64,000 nt of DNA from Candidatus Bathyarchaeota archaeon (lineage in GTDB: Archaea > Thermoproteota > Bathyarchaeia > 40CM-2-53-6). The notes under the pieces were generated by a model that worked only from the letters and a program-made list of their open reading frames with translations, was not told the DNA's origin and searched no databases. Location of the stretch: the NCBI GenBank assembly GCA_005888755.1, contig VBBQ01000026.1:20434-84433 (forward strand), written 5' to 3'. Of this stretch, positions 58,101 through 64,000 are shown piece by piece. Every line of letters begins with the position of its first letter. The first letter of the stretch is position 1. Position numbers and translations under genes: made by a program.

Positions 58101-58775
58101 TTGAGCCGGTTTCGAAGACCCCTACCGTCAAGTCCGGATGATGCTAGACTCCTAGAGGTGGCTAGTAGTCTCGGCCAGCAGCTCGATCTTCCAGGGCTCA
58201 ACCTCAGGGATATTCGATGGATGGAATGGATACCAGCCGGCCGCAGCACTCGCTCCGTACCTTCCGATTGGTGCATGTTTCTTCGTCATTCAATGATACT
58301 GCCGGCACGTATGATGGGGAAACTGACCGTCGAAGAATGGCGGCCCATAATCGCTTCCTCGCTCGTGTTCGAGAAGAAGATAAGACGGTCAATGAGGGGC
58401 ACCACGTTCCTGCTAACCGGGCTACCGCTGATAGTCTCTCTAGGAGGGACGATAACCGCTGCCATCCTCTTGCAAATGTCATGGATTATCTTCCTCTACC
58501 CTGTACTCCTCTTCCCGCTGGCAATTCTCGGGGGTAGGCGCTATAATGCCGACCTGAAGAGAGCAAGACTAGAAGCCGATTCTCAGACATCTTCTGTAAT
58601 AGGAAAGGACGCGCTGCTACAGGTTATGAAGAAGATCGACATGATGGGTCTTGACGACATTGACAGATTGAAAAGCGGGAGAGGCGGTCGTCGCCTTGCG
58701 AGTCTTCCGAGCATCACCGAGCGTATTGACAATCTTCAGGGACTATCTTCGCTCGCCAGCTTTTCTTCAATATGA
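58101..58775 (+). CDS. Membrane protein with M48-peptidase-like C-terminus, no HExxH
   Basis: 2 TM; LEADSQ...ALLQVMKKI...PSITERIDNL. Confidence 0.55.
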   Translation: MSRFRRPLPSSPDDARLLEVASSLGQQLDLPGLNLRDIRWMEWIPAGRSTRSVPSDWCMFLRHSMILPARMMGKLTVEEWRPIIASSLVFEKKIRRSMRGTTFLLTGLPLIVSLGGTITAAILLQMSWIIFLYPVLLFPLAILGGRRYNADLKRARLEADSQTSSVIGKDALLQVMKKIDMMGLDDIDRLKSGRGGRRLASLPSITERIDNLQGLSSLASFSSI

Positions 58776-58859
58776 GTTGATGGATTGCGTGCCTTCGCGG
58801 CTTTCTTGAAAAGTTCCACGAATCGGAGGGCCGCTTCGGCCTCGGGAGGAGCGGTCCTT

Positions 58860-59204
58860 CTAAGGAGTTTTAGGTTGGTTTTGGAATCGTTTGACAAGAC
58901 CGAACATTCCAAGGAACAGTGCTACTCCCGCTACAAGGTTCACGGCTGAACTGAGGATTGTCGTCGTGACTCCGACCGATTCTATGAGGGTGGAAATCTG
59001 ATCAGTAGGGAGCATGAGCTCGAAAAGGAGAGACACTACGTTTCTGACGGTTAGTAGAGCGAACGCGGCTATGATGAGAGTCCAGGCCCGGAATGACCCT
59101 GTTAGTTTTGTCACTCGGTAGGCGTAGAAGAACACACCCGCCTGCAGTATGAGTTCGACGACGCTGATGAAATAAAGAGTCGGAATTACAATAGGATCAA
59201 GCAT
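58860..59204 (-). CDS. Small 3-4 TM protein (putative sensor of KaiC module)
   Basis: Hydrophobic; 5 bp downstream of the KaiC-like gene. Confidence 0.7.
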   Translation of the reverse strand: MLDPIVIPTLYFISVVELILQAGVFFYAYRVTKLTGSFRAWTLIIAAFALLTVRNVVSLLFELMLPTDQISTLIESVGVTTTILSSAVNLVAGVALFLGMFGLVKRFQNQPKTP

Positions 59205-59209
59205 TCAAT

Positions 59210-60055
59210 CTACGCCTTCTTCTGTTTCTCTGAGGCTCCGCGGAACAGTTCCATGAACTTCTCTGATGCGACCTTTCTCGGCGAACCGCTGATGATTCCT
59301 TCGTAGTTTGAGAAGGCTGACTCTATCTTGATGCCTGCCGGTGTTATTTCGTATTCTCTAAACCTCTTGTCATGATCGCTTCCCCGCATTTTCAGAATCA
59401 CAAGGGCTTTGCGTAGCGATGACTCGATCTCTACGGGTTTGAGTGCGAGAATACAATCGACTAGGAAGCTGAGCCCTACATCGGTTACGCTGAAGGCTCC
59501 TCCGCTTATCTGAGGTGACTCCCACAGCAAAATGGAACTGACTCCATGGGTCTTGAGATACCTGACGATCCGGTAGGCTTCCATTCTCATGTCATCTCTC
59601 TTCACAAACATCTCTAGATGACTGAGCGAGTCGATGACGAGCCGTCGAGGCTGAATATCCCGAAGGACATCGTCCAGCAAACTACCGTCTCCGGACTCTA
59701 ACACGAGACTTGGGGATGTGCAGATTACGCGGAACTTGTCCTCCTCTTCCATTTTACGGAGGTCCCACCCGAAGTTCTTCGCATCCCTATAGATCTGGTC
59801 AGGGAGCTCTTCGAAGGTTACATAGATCCCAGGCTCTCCACGCTTCACTCCGTTGACAAGGTATTGCAGAGCCAGGGTTGTCTTTCCCGTGCCTGCGCTT
59901 CCCGCGAGCATGACAGCGTCACCCGGCATGAACCCTCCTCTAAGCATCTCGTCAAGCTCGACAATTCCAGTCTTTACCCGACCACCTTCCGCTATTCTAC
60001 TGGAAAACAATTGGTCGAACTCCGAGGATCCGGTCTTGGGTCGTGGTGTGCTCAT
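59210..60055 (-). CDS. Single-domain KaiC/RAD55-like RecA-superfamily ATPase
   Basis: GSAGTGKT, FEE, VIDSLS, LSFLVD, KMRGSDHD. Confidence 0.92.
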   Translation of the reverse strand: MSTPRPKTGSSEFDQLFSSRIAEGGRVKTGIVELDEMLRGGFMPGDAVMLAGSAGTGKTTLALQYLVNGVKRGEPGIYVTFEELPDQIYRDAKNFGWDLRKMEEEDKFRVICTSPSLVLESGDGSLLDDVLRDIQPRRLVIDSLSHLEMFVKRDDMRMEAYRIVRYLKTHGVSSILLWESPQISGGAFSVTDVGLSFLVDCILALKPVEIESSLRKALVILKMRGSDHDKRFREYEITPAGIKIESAFSNYEGIISGSPRKVASEKFMELFRGASEKQKKA

Positions 60056-60348
60056 TTCGCTACACCTATCTGGACTGTCTTGAGGTGGTTCGCCACCGAC
60101 TCTAGGATTTCACGGTCCCTTGCGCGGTCCAGGAACACGACTTCAGAGGCTCCAATCCTCTTTTGCTTTAGAAGCCCCAATTGCAGGAGTTCTCTGAGGT
60201 CGGAGATGACCGTGATGGTTGTTCTCCCGATTCTACGTGCTATTCCGTCGACTGTGTCAATAAGTCCCGGGTTCTTGTGGAAGAGGATGAGGAGGTCTCC
60301 TCTGACCTCTGACGCGAGCAGTGTCGAAAGGATTTCCCCGCCGCTCAT
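60052..60348 (-). CDS. Winged-helix protein in KaiC operon
   Basis: LLILFHKNPGLIDTVDGIARRIGR...LRELLQLG; overlapping stop/start. Confidence 0.75.
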   Translation of the reverse strand: MSGGEILSTLLASEVRGDLLILFHKNPGLIDTVDGIARRIGRTTITVISDLRELLQLGLLKQKRIGASEVVFLDRARDREILESVANHLKTVQIGVAK

Positions 60349-60839
60349 TTCGGCCTGCTCTCCACGAAACAGACTTCTTTCGCTGTTTCCAGCGACTTCT
60401 CATAGTCGAATCGGGCGTCCGAGTTGTAGGATATGCTCAGTTTTCGGTAGAGATCTTTGACGACGATCCTTTCGAGAACAGATGCCCCGTTACCGAATAG
60501 TGACTGTAATCCCCTGTCAAATTCCTTCGGGTTGTCCGAGTCGTCAAGCAACCCCTTCGACGCCAGAATATCAAGGACATAGCGGCCCAATGCGTTAGCA
60601 AGAGCATCGCAGACGATACCCGTGAGCAAAGACGAGAACGCTTCCTCCACTGCAGAATTCGATTTTGCGCCCGACTTCTGACCGGTCCAGAGATTACCGT
60701 GAGCATTAGCTGAACTGGACTCGCGCGTTCCCATTGCCATGCTCATCATGTTTTCACATTGCTGGCGTGATAGCTGAGACATGAACTGGTTGTAACCCCG
60801 GTTTCGATCTTCGTGGACAGGATTCTTCCAATCTTGCAC
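60345..60839 (-). CDS. DUF3227-like output-domain protein
   Basis: NPKEFDRGLQSLFGNGASVLERIVVKDLY; true start probably downstream of 60839. Confidence 0.65.
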   Translation of the reverse strand: MQDWKNPVHEDRNRGYNQFMSQLSRQQCENMMSMAMGTRESSSANAHGNLWTGQKSGAKSNSAVEEAFSSLLTGIVCDALANALGRYVLDILASKGLLDDSDNPKEFDRGLQSLFGNGASVLERIVVKDLYRKLSISYNSDARFDYEKSLETAKEVCFVESRPK

Positions 60840-60989
60840 TGGAGAGCCAGATTTTCGAGAGAATCAATCAGTCGAGACGTTCGCGCCTAAGGATTTCAGA
60901 AGGAGGCCGGCTTCGTTACACATATTATCTGATCGCTTCGCTATGACGGGTTACAATATCCGTATTCGATTGCCTTCGACTAGGGGCCG

Positions 60990-61463
60990 TTGGACGAGGA
61001 GGATCTTTTGCGGTCTTCTCTAGTGGAGAGTTTCTATGAGACTCTCGGGTACTGTTTCGGAAAAGTCCTACTGGAAACGCTGGGACCCAGAGTACAGGCA
61101 TCCGTATACGATCTCCTAGGACGGAGTGGAATCAAGAAGGAAGAGATTTCCAACAGGTTCGATGGCGTTGTGCAGGCGTTAACCAGCACCCTAGGAACCT
61201 CCTCCAGGGTCATAGTACACAGGACAGTTGTTGAGATGTTCAAGGAATATTCTCAGAGGCTTGACTTCTCGTATACTGACTCTCTGCGAGATCGTCTTGC
61301 ATTGTTGAAAGAGGCGGTTGTTGCAAACCATGTCCTCCCTCGAAGGTTACGTGAGGAAGGGACGTTCGACAGCGTGGAGAAGCCGGACTGGTCCGAGGGA
61401 AATGCCCTGAAAGGCCAAGCGTACAGCAGCCTCTATCCCATGAAAAAGGGCGTCAAGACATAG
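60990..61463 (+). CDS. Second DUF3227-like protein, divergent
   Basis: LLETLGPRVQASVYDLL...ISNRFDGVVQALTSTLG. Confidence 0.6.
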   Translation: MDEEDLLRSSLVESFYETLGYCFGKVLLETLGPRVQASVYDLLGRSGIKKEEISNRFDGVVQALTSTLGTSSRVIVHRTVVEMFKEYSQRLDFSYTDSLRDRLALLKEAVVANHVLPRRLREEGTFDSVEKPDWSEGNALKGQAYSSLYPMKKGVKT

Positions 61464-61544
61464 AAATCAACCTGACACTCTGTCGGTTGGGAAAGCGCTA
61501 GGCTAGACTAGACCCTCTTCCACCGAGTCCGACTTCTTGTATAG

Positions 61545-61578
61545 GACGAAAAAATCGCCCATTGTCAGCCCTGATTCC
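61545..61578 (+). repeat. Partial (3' core) copy of dispersed repeat
   Basis: GAAAAAATCGCCCATTGTCAGCCCTGATTC. Confidence 0.65.
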
Positions 61579-61891
61579 GAATCCAAGCCCACGATTTCTG
61601 GATCATGATTTTCCACGCTTATCCCATAGGGGAATATACGGGGAAAGAAAGAGGCATGACAAGCTGTCAATGAACCCGTGTCAGAGAAACAATCCCGAAA
61701 TCACAGCCAGACAGAAACGGTAGTCAGAAAAAATTGGATCCCTGCGCATCTCGCGTGCCATGAGCGGTCCCCCCCGGCGGGATGCTCCTGAAAGTATTCC
61801 AAGCACGAGATTCACAAGACGAAGACCGACAGGCGAAAAACACGCTTTTTGGAATCAGTCTAGGATCGAAACGCGAGACCCTTCTTGAGAT

Positions 61892-61960
61892 CCGGTTTTT
61901 AGAACGGGTTTTTGAAACCAGTTCTTGAAGCGGTTTTGAAACCGGTTTTAGGATCGAAAA
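61892..61960. repeat. Degenerate ~12-bp tandem repeat with internal palindromes
   Basis: CCGGTTTTTAGAA/CGGGTTTTTGAAA/CCAGTTCTTGAAG/CGGTTTTGAAA/CCGGTTTTAGGA. Confidence 0.6.
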
Positions 61961-62032
61961 GCGATTTTCATGGGGGCCCGGCGGCCTACTCGAGTCTCGC
62001 GCTGCTCCCTTAGTGAAAGTACTGTTGAGGTG

Positions 62033-63091
62033 CTATGCTTTTTCCCAGGCGCAAAAGTCGCTGGGCGCTTCCAGGTGCCTGTTGATCGCGACCTCGGCAA
62101 TCGCTTCAGAATACTTGGCCATCTGTCCAACGTCCCAGACGATCGACCGTAATCCGACAGCAAGGTTGACCTCTTTGACGCTGCGCATGACGCTCTCCGT
62201 CAGCTGCCTCTCAACCTGCTCGCAGCTCGCGACCCGTTCGATACAATCGTTCGACTTTTTCAGATCGCCCTTCATCAGTGCGTTGAACGAGTCCTCGATC
62301 AGCAAGCGCACCTTATCGCTGTAGTCGAGAATACCCTTGGTAAGCTTCGGATCCACACTCTTAGCGTTCCCCTTCAGCCTCAACGCCTCCTGAGCGATGT
62401 GCGAGGCGAGATCGCCCATTTGCTCGAGACTCTTCGCGATAACCCTGTTTCCTACAACGTGCATCGGCCCGTCGATGCCGACCTCTTTCGCCACCCGTCG
62501 ATCCAGAACCGCCAGAAGCAACTGTCGGATAATCATCCAGTAGATACGATCAGCTTCCTCCTCCATGTGCAAAACCTCGTCCGCTAGATTCGGTCTTCCC
62601 TCCACGACCGCTTTCACAGCGGTCTCCAGCATCGAGCTGAGAATAATCTGCAACCGCCGCATCAAGCCGTAGATCGGGAACTTTGTCGGATCAACAAAAC
62701 TCTGCAATGTAACCGACTTCAAACTCTGCTCCACAATCCCTAACCCAGTCAACCGCCGGCTAACCGCTCGAACCTCTTCTAGGTGACGCTGGGAGAGCTC
62801 TTTCTTTGCAATAATCTGGACCGTATCATGCCCTGTTAGATAGTTCGCGGTGATGATCCTGGTGAGAAGGTTCGGAGCATCACAAATGTCCGCGTTAATG
62901 ACATACCGGAAGTTTTCCCGTTCACGGGTTAATCCTGGATAGACGGTTATTCCACCGTCAGACTCTCGTCTGAAAGTAACAATGTCCCCCTGCTTGAGAC
63001 TAACCTGTTCGACCCAGTCCTTAGGTAACGAGACAATCAGGGTGGAGTAACCGACTTTCTGGACCTTACGAGCTTCCATCATTTGAGACAA
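62033..63091 (-). CDS. phoU: Archaeal AbrB-PhoU phosphate uptake regulator
   Basis: RKVQKVGYSTLIVSLPKDW AbrB domain, two PhoU repeats (EEEADRIYW). Confidence 0.9.
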   Translation of the reverse strand: MSQMMEARKVQKVGYSTLIVSLPKDWVEQVSLKQGDIVTFRRESDGGITVYPGLTRERENFRYVINADICDAPNLLTRIITANYLTGHDTVQIIAKKELSQRHLEEVRAVSRRLTGLGIVEQSLKSVTLQSFVDPTKFPIYGLMRRLQIILSSMLETAVKAVVEGRPNLADEVLHMEEEADRIYWMIIRQLLLAVLDRRVAKEVGIDGPMHVVGNRVIAKSLEQMGDLASHIAQEALRLKGNAKSVDPKLTKGILDYSDKVRLLIEDSFNALMKGDLKKSNDCIERVASCEQVERQLTESVMRSVKEVNLAVGLRSIVWDVGQMAKYSEAIAEVAINRHLEAPSDFCAWEKA

Positions 63092-63205
63092 ATCTAGGTT
63101 CCTCTATACAGCATAGAATTAGCGGCTAGAATATAGACTTACGTTTGCAAGTAAGGGATGTCTATACCAAGCACGCCGAATCGGAGAGAATAGCAGAAAA
63201 CCCGT

Positions 63206-63553
63206 TTACATGTACTTTTTCAGAACGGCCTCAATCTTCGCCTTCGGAACAGCACCGACAATTTGATCAACGAGCTTACCCTGCTTGACAACAAGCATTG
63301 TAGGGATCGCCATTATGCCGAACCGGCCTGAGACGGCCGGATTCTCATCCGTGTTTAGCTTCCCGAACACTACCTTTCCGGAATACTCCTTCGCCAACGC
63401 ATCAACGATCGGACCGACAATACGACAGGGACCGCACCATGGCGCCCAGCAGTCGATGAGAGTCAGAGAGTATTTCTGGACAAACTGGTCGAACGTCGAG
63501 TCCTCTACTTTTACTGGTTCAGCTGGATAGTCTGCCATTTCTGTCAACTGCAA
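63206..63553 (-). CDS. trxA: Thioredoxin
   Basis: WAPWCGPC, IPT. Confidence 0.96.
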   Translation of the reverse strand: MQLTEMADYPAEPVKVEDSTFDQFVQKYSLTLIDCWAPWCGPCRIVGPIVDALAKEYSGKVVFGKLNTDENPAVSGRFGIMAIPTMLVVKQGKLVDQIVGAVPKAKIEAVLKKYM

Positions 63554-63586
63554 TCGTGCCGATTCAGGCTGGATATATAGTTCTCA

Positions 63587-63817
63587 CTAGAATTTTCCTG
63601 CTAACTCTACCTGGCGCTTGTTTTTCATCAGCCTCGAGACCCTCAGGACTCCGCCGAGTTCTAGTTTCATGAGATTCTTGTTCAGCTCGCGAAAGCTTAC
63701 CTCTCCGAAGCTAGCTTTCAGTTCCTTGTGCAGATCAAGGTCTGTGAGAGGCCCCTTCTTCTCAACGATCTCTACGATTGCGAGGGACATTGGCCTCGGA
63801 CTCCAGATATTGTTCAA
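63587..63817 (-). CDS. Small winged-helix hypothetical protein
   Basis: IVEIVEKKGPLTDLDL...LMKLELGGVLRV. Confidence 0.75.
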   Translation of the reverse strand: MNNIWSPRPMSLAIVEIVEKKGPLTDLDLHKELKASFGEVSFRELNKNLMKLELGGVLRVSRLMKNKRQVELAGKF

Positions 63818-63856
63818 GCGTGCATTTCGCCAGGCCGCCCCGGTTCTCTGCTTCTT

Positions 63857-64000
63857 CTAAGTAATCGGGACCGGAGCTCTTTCTTTCTTGAACCGCTTGC
63901 CGAATCCCTGGTACCAGTTCTCCATGTCCGGAGTGACTGAGGGTTTGATCCTTTCCAGCGCATCCCTGAAATCTTCCCGTGTGACATTCTTGGATTCAAT
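63857..64000 (-). CDS. cdc48: CDC48/VCP AAA ATPase, C-terminal end (partial)
   Basis: Manual frame: VTREDFRDALERIKPSVTPDMENWY...KERAPVPIT*. Confidence 0.8.
   Translation of the reverse strand: MESKNVTREDFRDALERIKPSVTPDMENWYQGFGKRFKKERAPVPIT

Noticed and set aside
61620-61645. Casposon-like GGGGAATATACGGGG terminus
   Set aside because: No partner inverted repeat and no Cas1 or PolB in the window
61892-61960. CRISPR array
   Set aside because: Units are ~12 bp, degenerate, have no unique spacers, and there are no cas genes

Overview
64-kb archaeal chromosomal window, probably from a TACK archaeon. A Bathyarchaeia-like lineage is inferred from the archaeal NusA-like, geranylgeranyl reductase, AbrB-PhoU, CDC48 and KaiC/DUF3227 genes and the frequent TTG starts. 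Housekeeping genes sit at both ends: sucD/sucC, NusA-like and GGR on the left; larC, phoU, trxA and cdc48 on the right. Between them is a long accessory region of oxidoreductases, hydrolases, transporters (MsbA-type ABC, Cu P1B-ATPase, TetA-like MFS, TMEM175), a vapBC pair, many small membrane or secreted proteins and about a dozen disrupted genes. I found no intact tRNA/rRNA, CRISPR array or intact transposase/integrase. Main observations: (1) two tRNA-Gln-like 3'-end fragments with a shared flanking arm bracket a 2.9-kb relic element, and two homologous, possibly integrase-derived gene tails converge on one of them; (2) a degenerate ~150-bp intergenic repeat family with a central palindrome whose arms co-vary, always downstream of + strand ORFs; (3) a SufR-like regulator/SDR/divergent QueA-like operon in an archaeon; (4) three paralogous pilin-like membrane-anchored proteins; (5) a KaiC-like signalling module; (6) a VapC toxin whose start codon appears lost through a change that is synonymous in the overlapping antitoxin. 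Family assignments come from motifs recognised by eye; no database searches were run.
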